A DNA stretch of 64,000 nucleotides from Antedon mediterranea (Eukaryota; Animalia; Echinodermata): positions 7,869,812 to 7,933,811 of the forward strand of contig NC_092675.1 of the NCBI RefSeq assembly GCF_964355755.1, given 5' to 3'. The notes beneath the pieces are model-generated. The model was not told the DNA's origin. It searched no databases and was given only the letters and a program-made list of their open reading frames with translations. The position numbers and the translations under genes were made by a program. Of the stretch, positions 22,260 through 35,990 are shown in pieces (within the stretch, counting starts at the first letter, position 1; each line of letters starts with the position of its first letter).

Positions 22260-25200
22260 TCTATATATAAATTTACGTAAGGGCAAAATTCGGTAAATCG
22301 CGCTTTACTTCTAGAATTTTTACTCGATGGTATATAAAGTTGGTTCGTACTTTCGGTACTGATTTTAACCACCTGATGTACCCCTGTTTCCTAATTAAAT
22401 TAAGTTAGATAATTAGTTATTGACGATTAAAACGAATTTAGGTTCAACGATTTGCCCCAAATAGGGGTGTTTTTCGATCGTGGTATACACTGTCTAATGG
22501 ATGTCCATCTTGAAAAATACCCACCACAAAAATGCGAGGAGGCTTCGCATTTTTCTATCTCCTCCTACGATAATTGTTTTTAATGGCTGAAAACCGGTTG
22601 AACAGCTAGAGTACAGCATCATAATGTTGAAGACAGGCCGATTTTCTTTACAAAATACTATTTTGATAGATTTAATATACGTTTATAGAAATGTATTGAT
22701 TTGCAATGAATGAAACATTCCAAATTATTGCATACCTCCATGGTTTAACACAAGTAGGTAAATTTATAGACCCTTGGAGAATAAACAGAAATAGTATTGT
22801 TATGCTATACAATACTGCAAATAGGTATTAACCACTTTTGATCGCCATTTGAATCAAAAGTGTGTTGGTACTGTTAGATATAATATAAACAAATATACTA
22901 ATAAACTTTATCACTGTGAGTGTGGGTAGTCCCTACTTTTAGATTATAAACACATAATAATATAATACTTTATTACCGTCAGTTGTTTCTCAACGTTTGT
23001 ATTAATTAATAATTACAAAAATATAAACGTATTAGTGGTCTTTAAATGTACTTTACTATGTCAATCGACCATGAGACAGTGACAGTTTCAATAAAGTATT
23101 AAATCGGAAATGTTTTACTCTATTTAGTGGTATATTATTTATAGGCCTATACAAAAAATACTTCGTTAATGATTGGATAATAAAGAAATATAAAAAATAA
23201 TTTAACAAAATTGGGTTTGTTTAAATGAGTCCAAATAACAAATTTCGACTCATTTTGTGACAAGTTTCTAGGTGTTAATTTTGGTTGACTACATAAATCA
23301 TTGTGTCTACTTATTTGTTTCTGTAAACGACAATGTTTTATAGTCCTGCCGTACGTACATTTGAAATCGCCAGCTTTTTACGCTGAAATTACTATGTATT
23401 CGAGAACCATCTGTGGGCACGAACTAGATGGTACGCGAGCGAAGTGAGCGTACCATCTAGTCTATATATAAATTTACGTAAGGGCAAAATTCGGTAAATC
23501 GCGCCTTACTTCTAGAATTTTCACTCGATGGTATGTAAAGTTGGTTCGTACTTTCGGTACTGATTTTAACCGCCTGATGTAACCCTGTTTACTAATTAAA
23601 TTGAGTTAGATAATTAGTTATTGACGATTAAAACGAATTTAGGTTCAAAGATTTGCCCCAAATAGGGGTGTTTTCCGATCGTGGTATACACTGTCTAATG
23701 GATGTCCATCTTGAAAAATACCCGCCAAAAAAATGCGAGGAGGCTTCGCATTTTTCTATCTCCTCCTACGATAATTGTTTTTAATAGCTGAAAACCGGTT
23801 GAACAGCTAGAGTACACCATCATAATGTTGAAGACAGGCCGATTTTCTTTAAAAAATACTATTTTGATAGATTTAATATACGATTATACAAATGTATTGA
23901 TTTGCGATGAATGGAACATCCCAATCTCTCAGTCTGCCAGAGTTTGGTTTAACACAAGTACTGTAGGTAAATTTATGAGCCCTTGGTTTAACACATACGG
24001 TAGGTAAATATATGGGCCCTTTGAGAATAAACTTGCAATACTTTGACAATACTGTAAATACCTATTAACTATTTTTCATTTGAATCGAACATTTCTTACT
24101 CTGAATGTTCGTACTGTTAGATGTAATATAAAAATATATACAAATAAACTTTATTACTGAGACTGTGGATAGGCTCTACTGTTAGATATACAAATAAACT
24201 TTATACTGACAGTTCCTTCTCAACGTTTGTATTAATTAATAATTACCAAAAATATAAACGTCGTAGTGGTGTATCGTGACATGTACTTTAATATTTCAAT
24301 CGATTAAGACAGTGACAGTTTTAACAAAGTATTAAATCGCAAATGTTTTAGGCCTACTGTATCTAGAGGTATATTATTTATAGGCCTATAAAACATGAAC
24401 AAAATATTTCGTTACTCAGTGGATAAAGAATATATTTAAAAATTGTTCCTCTTTGTACCTATCCGCTTTCCCATCCCTCAACCCTAATGTTACATAGCGA
24501 GGAGGCTTCGCATTTTCCTATCTCCTCCTACGATAATTGTTTTTAATAGCTGAAAACCGGTTGAACAGCTAGAGTACACCATCATAATGTTGAAGACAGG
24601 CCGATTTTCTTTAAAAAATACTATTTTGATAGATTGCTAGAGTACACCATCATAATGTTGAAGACAGGCCGATTTTCTTTAAAAAATACTATTTTGATAG
24701 ATTTAATATACGATTATACAAATGTATTGATTTGCGATGAATGGAACATCCAGTTTGGTTTAACACAAGTACTGTAGGTAAATTTATGAGCCCTTGGTTT
24801 AACACATACGGTAGGTAAATATATGGGCCCTTTGAGAATAAACTTGCAATAGGTTCGGAAAATGTTAAAAACCAATTTCTATTATTTGAATCGGTAAACA
24901 GTTTCCATTTATTATACATTGATAATGAAACATGAAATATTCCTATTTATGTCCCTCGAGGTTCATTACAATTTATATTTAGTAGTCCCACGGACTTCAT
25001 CTTAGCCACTCCCTCGAGTGCTAAGGCCAAATTTATGATACCTTACTTTCTATGTAAGTTTAGTTACAGTTAGTTCTTGACGATAATACAACGAATTTAG
25101 GTTACACCCTTCGGCCGCGAAAACGTTTCTGTACAAATATGATACCGATTGGCTTTATTTCATTCAACAGCGACCATAATCTCGCCAATTACAGGATAGA

Positions 25201-27299
25201 TAAACTATTTTATTATTGATGTGCTTATAAATTAAGACTCATGTAAACAGCTTGATTACATCATTTTACAGACAAACGAAACTTTTTTAAACCTACTGTT
25301 TCAATAACTGAGTATAATACTGTATACGTTTTCATAAGTAAGTGCATATACATTTTCGTGTTTTCATTGACGAGATTGTAATAGTAACTTCAGTAACTAT
25401 TACAGTACTTATTAATATACGACACAAGACAATTGTATCTGACAGGTACGTACATTATTCTAAAAAATAAGTCTAGATAGATCCCTTGGGCGTCATAAAT
25501 CACAGGCCAACAAATCAGTACTCATGACAGAAATTCGACCCAGTTTGGTTCACACAAATGTTTACAGGAAGTTCAACACCACAACCGATGATTTGCCCTA
25601 AATATTTAGGTAGACTACAGTTTAATTTTTCACTGAATAGGAGCTTGAATTTTCGATTTCCATTTCGCAGAATGTCTAGGTCTATTTAGTTAGTTTGGTT
25701 CTTATAATATAAATACAATCAACTTTATTACTGCGGTTCCATCACCACCACCACGTGCCGCCGCCCAATTCCCGTACATACATTTCCATTTCTCCCTAAT
25801 TTCTTTAATCCACATAAATTAATTGTCCTTTATGGAATCCAGTATTGGTTTTGTTGTTTCTATTTCTGAATACCCCAATTAGGGGGACACTTCCGTTTTT
25901 GTTTAGTGTCCCAAAAAAGTCCCCGTCCGTGGATTCTACTGTATTCGAGAACCATCTGTGAGCACCCCTAGATGGTACGCGAGCGAAGCGAGCGTGCCAT
26001 CTAGTCTATATATAAATTTACGTAAGGGCAAAATTCGGTAAATCGCGCCTTACTTCTAGAATTTTTACTCGATGGTATATAAAGTTGGTTCGTACTTTCG
26101 GTACTGATTTTAACCACCTGATGTAACCCTGTTTACTAATTAAATTAAGTTAGATAATTAGTTATTGACGATTAAAACGAATTTAGGTTCAACGATTTGC
26201 CCCAAATAGGGGTGTTTTCCGATCGTGGTATACACTGTCTAATGGATGTCCATCTTGAAAAATACCCGCCGCAAAAATGCGAGGAGGCTTCGCATTTTCC
26301 TATCTCCTCCTACGATAATTGTTTTTAATAGCTGAAAACCGGTTGAACAGTTCGAGTACAGCATCATAATGTTGAAGACAGGCCGATTTTCTTTAAAAAA
26401 TACTATTTTGATACATTTAATATACGTTTATACAAATGTATTGATTTGTGATGAATGGAACATTCCAAATTATTTGGTTTAACCATACAGGTATAGATTT
26501 AGATTTATGGGCCCCCTTGGAGAATAAACATAAATAGTATTGCAATGCTGTACAATACTGTTAAGGTATTAACCACTTTTGATCGCAATTTGAATCGCAA
26601 ATTTCTTACTGTGAGTGTTGGTACTGTTAGATGTAATATAAAAATATATACAAATAAACTTTATTACTGTGAGTGTGGGTAGGCCCTACTGTTAGATTAT
26701 AAACATATAATATACAAATAAATAAACGTTATTACTGACAGTTGCTTCTCAACGTTTGTATTAATTAATAATTTAAAAATATATAAACGTCGTAGTGGTG
26801 TATCGTTACATGTACTTTACTATTTCAATCGACTATGACAGTGAGAGTTTTAACAAAGTACCGTATTAAATCGTAAATGTTTTACTGTATTTAGTGGTAT
26901 ATTATTTATAGGCCTATAAAACATTAAAAACAATATTTCGTTACTGAGTGGATAAGAATATATTTTAAAATGTTTCCTCTTTGTACCTATCTTCTTCCCC
27001 CATCCCTCAACCCTTAATGTTACATACAAAACACAAATTGGGTTTGTTTAAATGAGTCCAAATAAAAAAATTTGACTCATTTTGTTTCTCTCTCGGAAGT
27101 AATTCTCAGGGTGCTAATTTTGGTTGACTACATAAATCATTGTGTATATTTATTCGTTTCTGTAAACGACAATGTATTATAGTCCTGCGGTACGTACATT
27201 TGAAATCTCCATTTTTTTCTCGCTGGAAATACTGTGTATTAAGAACCATCTGTGGGCACGACCTAGATGGTACGCGAGCGAAGCGAGCGTGCCATCTAG
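22260..27299 (+). mobile_element. Head-to-tail array of three non-autonomous Helitrons
   Basis: Units 22260-23460, 23461-26004 and 26005-27299 each start TCTATATATAAATTTACGTAAGGGC and end with the hairpin CTAGATGGTACGC..GCGT(A/G)CCATCTAG. Junctions are exact CTAG|TC; the 3' flank is T. Confidence 0.85.
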
Positions 27300-27609
27300 T
27301 TTGAATAATAATAATTATTATTTTATGGTGTCTAAAATTAATGCTTACACGGCACAGCTAGCTAAAATTAGGTTAGGAAGTCTAGTCCATCTTGGTTATA
27401 ATAGGAAGTTAGAGGATTATTTTGATACTGAAACGAGAAAAGCAAAGAAAACGTAGTAGGCATATATATGCTACTGTACTGAGTGCGTCATAAATTAAAA
27501 AATAATGAGCATAAAATAGAAGAGTAGACCTGAATAATCTAAATTAGACTGTAAACTTGATTACATCACAATGTTCATGTTGTTTAAATCAGAATACATT
27601 CAAACCCTA

Positions 27610-27885
27610 AAGGCCAATTTACACTGACGAGCGGTAACAGTATTAAAAGTATAGAATCTATGGTATTACTTATGACCATTTACACACAACGCGGAGCAGA
27701 TTCTACGTGGGACAAGCTACGCGGTTTTCCGTTGTCCTTTTAAAGGTCAATTTACACAGACGAGCGGTAACGGTGAACAAAACTAATAACAGAATCTATG
27801 TTACTTCTTATGACTATTTACACTAAAAGTGCGCTGTCGAATTCTACGTGGGACAAGCTACGCGTTTTTCTGCTGAATTGGGCTT
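27610..27885. mobile_element. Degenerate MITE with tandemly duplicated ~130-bp arm
   Basis: AAGG(C/T)CAATTTACAC(T/A)GACGAGCGGTAAC...TTCTACGTGGGACAAGCTACGCG occurs twice; ends AATTGGGCTTTA. Confidence 0.6.
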
Positions 27886-27924
27886 TATTTAGGATACACC
27901 TACTGTCAGGACCTAACCCAGCGA

Positions 27925-28240
27925 GCGATATTTCTTTTCGTACATAGTTAAGGACCCTCATGAAAAGTTACAAAATAAACATGAATATTCATTAGTCATA
28001 TCCATAAGGTGTAACGTAAGAATTGAGCCAACTACAATTTTCGCTTTCTGTCGAGTCATCTGTGTAGTCGAGTGGATAAGATTATGGATTTAAATGTCGA
28101 TGTATGGGGTTTGAATCCCATGAGCTACTTCTTTTACTTATAGCGAAAGCACAGAGAGATTGTTTAGAGGGTTAGGTTTTGTTTAGTTATATTTAGGAAG
28201 TAGTTTGGCTATCTTTAACATGGGATCCCCAGTACGAAAA
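27925..28240. mobile_element. Dispersed repeat with TIR-like ends and tRNA-like core
   Basis: Reverse-complement copy at ~39365-39680 (ATATCC..GGTGTAACGTAAGAATT...TGTGTAGTCGAGT(G/A)GATAAGA). Confidence 0.7.
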
Positions 28241-28619
28241 CAAAAATCGCACCCGGTGACCTAACAAAGTGTCCATCTATTCTAATTATAGATGTTTAAG
28301 TCTTTTTGGCCAAGTATTATAAACTTCTTCTGTTTACCGACCGTACACAAATTCATCATCAGGGTTTATACAGTACAGTAGGTCTATTTTGAAAAAGCTG
28401 GAGAGGTTGTGAAACCAGGAATAAAATGGCTGAAGAAGATATATTTTTGTTTAGAGTTGAGGACCCCACATCCTCTTGAACTTGCTTATGCATTTAAATT
28501 TTGTTTAATGTCATATTGTTCAATAACAAGTTGTAAAAGAATATAATAATTCTGAGTAATGAAGAAAATAAAATGTTATTCTAGACAAAAGCTTTTATGA
28601 AAATTTATTATAAGTTGTC

Positions 28620-29526
28620 TTAATCCACAACAATTCCCTTCTTCTTTAGTTCCTTTTTTTTTCTTTTTTCCTCTTTCTCAATGTCAGCTAACATCTGTTG
28701 GAACCTTGGGTTTCTTGGATCTATAGCATAACCCATCTTTTCTTTAGCTTCTTCTAGTAGCCTCTGTCGCTTTTCCTTTGCTGCTTCTTCCTCCGCAAAT
28801 TTCTCTAATTGTTTTTTCTTGAAATCTTTAATCAATGATGGCATCTTCTTCATGCCATCTTCAATTGCCTTGGCTCTAAAAAAAAGGAAGGAATTAAAAG
28901 GTGATAATCTACATATTAATTAGTATTCTAATTCCCTGGTCAAACCTAACATAAATGATTAGTAAAAAAATGCATTACCGGAATTATAAATACCGTGTAA
29001 TAAAAAATTAATACATCATACTCAATATCAATTATAATTTATAATAATTCTTGTACAACAATAACAATTGTTCAACAAAACAATGAAACTAAAACTTTGG
29101 TTTTTACTTTGCAAGTTCTTTTTGCTCTCTTTCTTGTTTTTCGATTAATAATTCGTCCTGCATTTGTTTCAGTGAGGGTTCAAATTCTAAATCCTCTTCA
29201 GTTCTGGCTTTTAACTCTTCTTTTGTGGGCCACATGATTCCTGGATCAATGCCCGATGAAGCACCTTCCTTCGCATACTTTCTTCGTATTAGACTTAATC
29301 GATAATTCGGGGTAGCCGTATATGTCCTAGTTTTAAGAAATTCATCTATTTCTTCAATCCCGTTTTCTGGAACCATTAACACGTTACTTCTACAAGTAAG
29401 GGGCCTAGCCGTCTCATGCCATGCAGTCTTGGCCCGCCGGAATGGCCCAACAACTGCGCTCGTCACCCTTCTTTGCTCCATATAAGTTCTTCTAGAAAGA
29501 ATATTCAAACATATGCACAATGTCAT
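28620..29526 (-). CDS. GADD45GIP1: GADD45GIP1/CRIF1 (mitoribosomal mL64), 224 aa
   Basis: Two exons, 29526-29108 and 28875-28620, in phase. Motifs KYAKEGASSGIDPGIMWPTKEEL...EPSLKQMQ and GYAIDPRNPRFQQMLADIEKEEKR match CRIF1. The basic N-terminus is compatible with a mitochondrial presequence. Confidence 0.92.
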
Positions 29527-30017
29527 ATTGTATGTTGGAAATATTTATTTTCCGAATATGAAAGCTTATAAAATACGACAGATTAGTCCCCAGACACTTT
29601 AGCTAGGCCTACAAAACAAATTTAGGTCTACACATGCTTTTCGAGTCGCCGTCAATCGATAGGTCAAAGTTGAACAATTTGTTTATTATGAGAGGGCGCT
29701 ATGTAGTGTAATTGTTGCCAGTTAATTAGTAGACTTTATGATTATTTTTTTATCATTTTTGCACAGTTACTATTGTCTAGCGTTGGTTTACCTTTACTGA
29801 ATATTAAAATATAAATGTGGATGACTATACATAATGAAAATGTATGTAAATATTATATTAATACATGAACATTAACTTTAAAATTATGTATAGGCCTACG
29901 CATTGACTGTCTGGCAAATCTTTGTTGTTCTTCCTCATTATGCATTATGTTGATTTCTGTGAACAGAGACGAACAGGTCGAGGGAGGAACTAAATTAATT
30001 ATACAAAATATATTAAA
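29527..30017. promoter_or_regulatory. Putative bidirectional promoter GADD45GIP1/TMEM59
   Basis: Divergent start codons separated by only 491 bp. Confidence 0.6.
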
Positions 30018-33000
30018 ATGGCTGAACTTGGCGACAAGAAAGGCCTTTTAATTGTTTATGCAACACTTATATTTATAATAAGTGTGCTTGTTAGGTCAAA
30101 TGCTGCTTCTGAATTGTTTGATTCTGTCCTAGACGACGTGAGCAGTTGCTCTGAGACCTGTGAAAACACATACCCAATGCACACATATCCAGAGGTACGT
30201 AGTCTTTTAGTAGGCCTACAACCAACAGTAAAGAGTACTTTGACCTTGTTTTGATTTCATATTTTTAAGTTGTTCACAATAAATATATATTATTGAACTA
30301 TGTTCTTTATTTAATTAGCAGGTTTCAAGAACAAATGAATGGTTTTATACTATTTTCAAATGCCTATCTATATATAGTATTACAAACTGTCATTAATAAT
30401 ATAAATAGTAATACATTTAAAGTAAACCCTGGAAATGAAAACAGCACTGTCGACTGATATATATATAGCCATAGAGATATTATAGTTATATAAGCCTAGA
30501 GGATAATCAACTGAACATTTGTGTTATTTTAAAACGGTTGTTATTATTTGGAATATAAAATAAAGTGCAAAATGATGCTCAGTTGTTTTCTAGTTTGACA
30601 TTATTTTATTATTTTTATTTGTTTTCTAATGATTTTCGCGATCGGATTTAATTTTTAGAATGATAATTTGGTAGCATGTGAACGTGGATGTCGTCTTTTA
30701 TCTATTGTTGAATTCGCCAATGAGGACCAAACAGATTTGAACAGCACATTAAAAACATGTGAAGGTGGTAAGTATAATTTAAGTTTAAAAGTTACATAAC
30801 TTCTATTTTCTACATAAACTGTATATTAGTATTGTAACAGAATAACCAAATCCAGAAAATAATATTTATTACATTAATTTAATATTTACCTAATAGCCTG
30901 CAATGAAGCATATGATACAAATGAAGATGGAAACTTTGCATGCAGCCTGGGATGCAAAAGTCAATTACCATACATCAGACAACTAAGAGAACAGGTACAA
31001 GATATGTCTTAATGATATAAGATTATCAGATCAGGGAGTTTTACCACTCCCTAATCAGATATTATTGATATCAGAATGGGGTCAGAGTCAGTATTATGGG
31101 AGGTAAAAACATGTAGTGTCTTTACACACTGTTTTACCCAACAACCTGTCCCTTAATAGGGTTGGCCATAGTTTGAAATTTATACCGTATATCCTCTTGT
31201 ATACAGTAATTCCACCTCTCTAAAACACAAAATGGGGCCGACATTGGGGGTGGGACTATACCCGAAAAAAGCCTGGTTCAGGGAAAAACAAATTATCAGT
31301 AAGCACTTCTTGTAAAACCTCATCGGAACTGGCTAAGAGAGGTCTACATCCATATCAAAAGTCAATACTGGAACTATACATGAGGATATGTATGTTTGTG
31401 AAATCAGGCATGATTAGAGGGTGGGATTGCACCCGAGGATATACAGAATTTTGTCTGGTTTATTTAGCAGGGAAGAGCCCCTCTAATACCAGTGTTCCTT
31501 GAATAGGGTTGTCCCAAAGACTGGCCCTACTTTAATTATATATTAAACTTGATCACTGCACATAACAAAAAGGCAGCGAAAAAAAAGGAATGAACAGGTG
31601 ACAAGCACCTCTATCCACATCCCCATTAAAATAGACATAAAAGTAACAATAGTATATATATTAGGTATTGATTGATTGATTAGATATTAAAAGGGTGAGG
31701 AGAAACATTTAATAATTTTTTATTTTTTATTTTATTAGTATGCAAACATGGAACCAGTCATTCATATGTTAACTCCGTTGCTGATGATGCAAAATATGTA
31801 CCATGAGGTTTTGGACAATGCTCATGGAATGATGATGAGTTCTTTTTCATTGTTCATGCAATCAGATGATGGAGTGGTCTATGTGTTTGAGTCACAACCA
31901 AAACTTGACACCTTTACTTATCAACCAAAATATGAAGACCAACCCTTAGGTACTGTAAACTTAAGGTTTAATTTAATTTTAAATAATAATTATTCACTAA
32001 TTACCCACATATTGTCAATTCCCTTGATATCTGTTTACTTATTTCATACTTGTAAACTGGTCCTTTTTAAACATTTTTTTAAGATTACTTTAGATGCAGT
32101 GGTTGAGGATGGTTTATATAGCAATATAGCAATTTAAATTGAATGAAATCAACCTCCTTCATTTCCTTCACACTTTTATTTATTCAGCACACTTTATTAA
32201 TTTACTAAAGGTATCAAATATTTAACCCTTTAAAACAGATTTGGACACTCTGGTGGACATGCCCTCATATGACAGCAGTTATTCCGGCAACACTGATTGG
32301 TTAACATGTGTCTCGTACCGTTCTGGACTCCCTGAATGGCTCATCTCTCTTATTTTGTTTTTGTCGTCTGCTTCCATGATCTGGCTTGCGTTTGCATCAT
32401 GTTCAACCAGTAAACCACACAGAGTTATTACTCCAAAGGTTTGTGAAAGTATTTTTTAATACTTTGATAGTCACTTATACTGTATCTTAAAAGCCTTGAT
32501 AGTATTGGTTGGAAGTAAAGAGGTTTCGCAACTCTACGAATATGATAATAAAAACGGATACGTCACACACACATATTCGTTTTCGTAAGCCAGTGAAAAT
32601 CTGTTTTGCATGGCAACGAAATATTGAGGGTGCCGTCCTAAATATGACTGGTGTAAATTTTTACGCGAAGCGCAGGTACGTGTTGCTTGGCTGCCTAGGC
32701 TTAACATAACATCAAAGCGAGTGAGGACTGCTATTTATCAAAATTGACCTGGCATTTTAGTAAATTACTTTCAATAAATCTATAATTATGTTATAATCAT
32801 AAATCATTCCTGATTCAAATGCAAAATAGATCAAAACCTATACTTGTTTTGTAGTTACGAATATGACTAGTTATAATTTTACAAACATGAAATTGGAATC
32901 AGCTAAAAAATTTCACAAATGTGTGACGTATCCGTTTTTATTATCATATTATTCATAAGGTTGCGAAACCACCCTAGTATTAAGCTCTGTCTACACTATC

Positions 33001-33358
33001 AAAATGTGATGTGCCCATATATGAACATGATGTCATATTACTACCATATTTGGGTACATTACATTTTTTTTTCAAACTAGTTTGATAGTGTAGACAGAGC
33101 TTTACTAAAATAGCTATCTACAGTATGTCTGTCATTTCCAACAGCTTCTATTTCCTCAAGTGATTGAGGTACATTATTGTTCTCATTGTGTAAATTTGAT
33201 TTTCTTTGTTTTAGAAAACATACAAGTACTTAGACCCAGAGTGGGAAGACCTAATGAAGAAGTACCCTGTGTGTGTTGCAGAATCATTTGACGAGAGTAC
33301 AATGGCGGAACCACTGCCACTGAAGGTGGACATTCCACTCAACAACACAAGTATATAA
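30018..33358 (+). CDS. TMEM59: Transmembrane protein 59 (TMEM59/BSMAP family), 312 aa
   Basis: Exons 30018-30194, 30659-30767, 30897-30994, 31739-31949, 32239-32438, 33215-33358, 939 nt in frame. Signal peptide; FDSVLDDVSSCSETCENTYPMHTYP; ACERGCRL; ACSLGC; QSDDGVVYVFESQP; WLTCVS followed by a TM helix; C-terminal AEPLPLKVDI. Confidence 0.93.
32522..32975. mobile_element. Non-autonomous TIR element (~450 bp)
   Basis: GGTTTCGCAAC...TATGATAATAAAAACGGATACGTCACACA is inverted at TGTGTGACGTATCCGTTTTTATTATCATA...GTTGCGAAACC. Confidence 0.8.
32983..33101. mobile_element. MITE family B copy
   Basis: Both TIRs present, with TTA direct repeats. Confidence 0.8.
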
Positions 33359-33984
33359 TTCAATTGCAATAAATTATATTGACTGCATTACTGGATAATA
33401 ACAATGGTTGTGAATTAAATTGTTGTTTTCGTTAATACCGTACTATTAATACTGTGATTCCTTTTTCTGCATTTAACCAGAAAAGAGTGACTATAATAAT
33501 CCCTGATTAAACCTGATAAAGCATAATAGATTGTATTGTGCTGTCAGTATTCTTTTAAAAATTTGTTTCAAAAATATTGTAAACATTTTAACTTTTAAGT
33601 ATTTTGTAAAATTTACCATTATTTGATATATTATAATTTGGGGTATTCTATTTTGTGTAGTTACAATTTCAATTTTAGATAATGTTTTTCTTTTAATAAA
33701 GACTCTTCTTTTAATTAGCACAAATACTATGTGGTCTTTAATAATTATTTCTAAATGCTTCTTTTATTTGAAAAGAAAATCATCTCACAGATTCAAATTA
33801 ATTAATTAAATTTCAGTATATCAACGGGCAGTTTAGAATTCATGTTCTGTGCCTGTTGTGTTTATTTATATAAACATAAATATTATCAATCTCATTGGCC
33901 GTGTATACTAGTATAGTTATGTGGGTTGTGGTCGTGGAAGCAGCTATTTGTATTCCTGTGACTGCCATATGTGTGTTTGCATAA

Positions 33985-34145
33985 ACCCTATTAAGTGGAC
34001 AACAACATTGTCCCCTTAATAGTGGTGTCCTTTGAATAGGGGTTGGTCGAAGTGTTAGATATATATTTCCCCTTCTTTATTTCATTAGAATGTATCCCCT
34101 GGATGGGGGTGTCCCTGGATGGGGGTGTCCCTGAATAGGGGAGAA
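33985..34145. repeat. Dispersed GGGGACAC/GTGTCCCC repeat family (MITE remnant)
   Basis: CTATT(A/C)A(A/G)GGGACAC-type motifs recur at ~14105-14230, 25870-25945, 38160-38450, 39170-39345, 42525-42570, 59640-59760 and 60470-60555; some ends read TACAGT/ACTGTA. Confidence 0.5.
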
Positions 34146-34593
34146 GAGGAAAGGAAATTAGTTTAGTCCTACCTGGTATTATGGACATTGCATTCTGAAT
34201 GCGTTTCAGGCTGAAGGGTTCTGGTGATATTTATAGTAAATTAAACTAATATATTTATTTATGATATTTTAACATCTATAAATAAAATCTATAAACATTA
34301 ATTTGGTAAAAGGTACTCACTAGCATTACTGTACGATAGCCTATGTTTAACATTAGTTGTTACTGGTATTGAACTTTTAATTTAAGTTTTAATTTAATGT
34401 GGTAGCGCAATAATTTTCTTTACCATTTTACTATATTCTAAATGTAATCAATGTGAGACAAAAACAACGCAATGTACTTTGCCCTATAGATCCACCTTAA
34501 CAACTTTCTGAACCATAAAACAATAACATATTGAAACTTAAGGATAACAACAACAATATGCTCTGATATCAGTACTATAGACGTTATCATTAA

Positions 34594-34903
34594 AGATGTA
34601 TTTTCCCCCTGAAAAAATAATGATTAAACATTTTTGTTGTTGAATATACCATTTTAATGTCACATAATATTTATCCACTTTGACCAAAAATTAAATCGTA
34701 AAAAAATGTATTTACCTGAAAAAACTGTAATTTAAAGCAAAAAATAGTCAAATTGGCTGCCAGCCAATGAATTTAACCATTTGTTTTGTCATTTTATAAG
34801 TGAAAACATTATTTTTTTTTTTCTACGGAAGTGATTACCTTTATTAAAACTACAAAATAACCTATTCAAAGTCATTTCATGTTTTTGGGGGGACAACACA
34901 TCT
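34594..34903. mobile_element. Non-autonomous TIR element with TTAA target duplication (Kolobok-like)
   Basis: TTAA|AGATGTATTTTCCCC ... GGGGACAACACATCT|TTAA. Confidence 0.7.
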
Positions 34904-35575
34904 TTAAATTAAAACAAACTTAATAAGTACTTATTACTTGCGTTTACCTTTTTAGAAACCATGCTCTATGTACCCTTAGAAGAGGCATTTTACTTCTAGC
35001 AATTATCATCCAAACAATTTATTTTTTAATTCTTAAAATAAAGTATAATACTCCGTAGTGTGTTTTTTTTGGTTTGATATTGTTAAGTTTTTTTAATAAG
35101 GGTTTCACTAAACGTATTCCATGTTTTATTGGCGCTAAATCGATTTTTCTTGATACCGTAATCAATCAATATTAAGAGACATCTTAATTACGATATTTTT
35201 GAGAGGAAAGAGAATAATTATTAATTATAAGTAAGTGGCTTCCCTGTTGCCGTGATACAATTTAAATCCAAAGAGTTTTACTCTACACGAATTTAGGATT
35301 ATCTAGGCGTACGTACTTTAGTCACCTTCCTGGTATTTAAGAATATTAAAAACTGTTAAATGCATTTAAGAGCCGACATCAATCAAATTCAATAATTGGA
35401 TATGGTCGCATTGCTGCATGATTGTTTTTACGTGAGAAAATCAAATGTTCATGCAGTAGGCTGATAACCGTTACACAACCAGCGAGCCATTTTAATTACA
35501 GTATGTTGACAATTTGTAACAAATAGACCCTATAAGACCGGTTCACACATCGCCTTTGGTGTGTATGAAAACTAA

Positions 35576-35990
35576 AGCTTGGTTCCCACTAGCACGTAAA
35601 GCCTGGTTTCCATAAAATCGCTACACCGTTTCCATTGAAATCGCTACACGCGCAAATGTCGCCGACGCGCATTGGGGAGGTCTCCCCGATTCATCGCAGA
35701 CAAATCGGCAAAGTTCAACCATGTTCAACTTTGCCGATTTTGTCGGCGATGAGTCGTATACGCGTGTACCAAAGAATATTTAGCGCTCGCGTACTAGATC
35801 CCCGATCAATTCTAGCGTTTCCATAGAATCGCTACGCTCTGTCGGCGACAGCAGTCGGCGACACGGTGTAGCGATTTTATGGAAACCAGGCTTAACAAAA
35901 GGACGTAAACGCAACGCAAGCGTGTTAACCAATGATAAGCGACAGTTCGAATAATCAATCGCTTGTGATTGGTCAATTCACTTACGTTAC
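35576..35990. mobile_element. MITE family A copy carrying a nested MITE
   Basis: Family A left arm is interrupted after CACGTAA and resumes at CAAAAGGACGTAAACGCAACGC. Confidence 0.8.
35600..35892. mobile_element. Nested MITE (TIR AGCCTGGTTTCCATAAAATCGCTACACCGT), TAA TSD
   Basis: Perfect ~30-bp TIRs with TAA on both sides. Confidence 0.88.

Noticed and set aside
29691-29700. CTCF-like core AGAGGGCGCT in the bidirectional promoter
   Set aside because: Only a partial motif; expected by chance.
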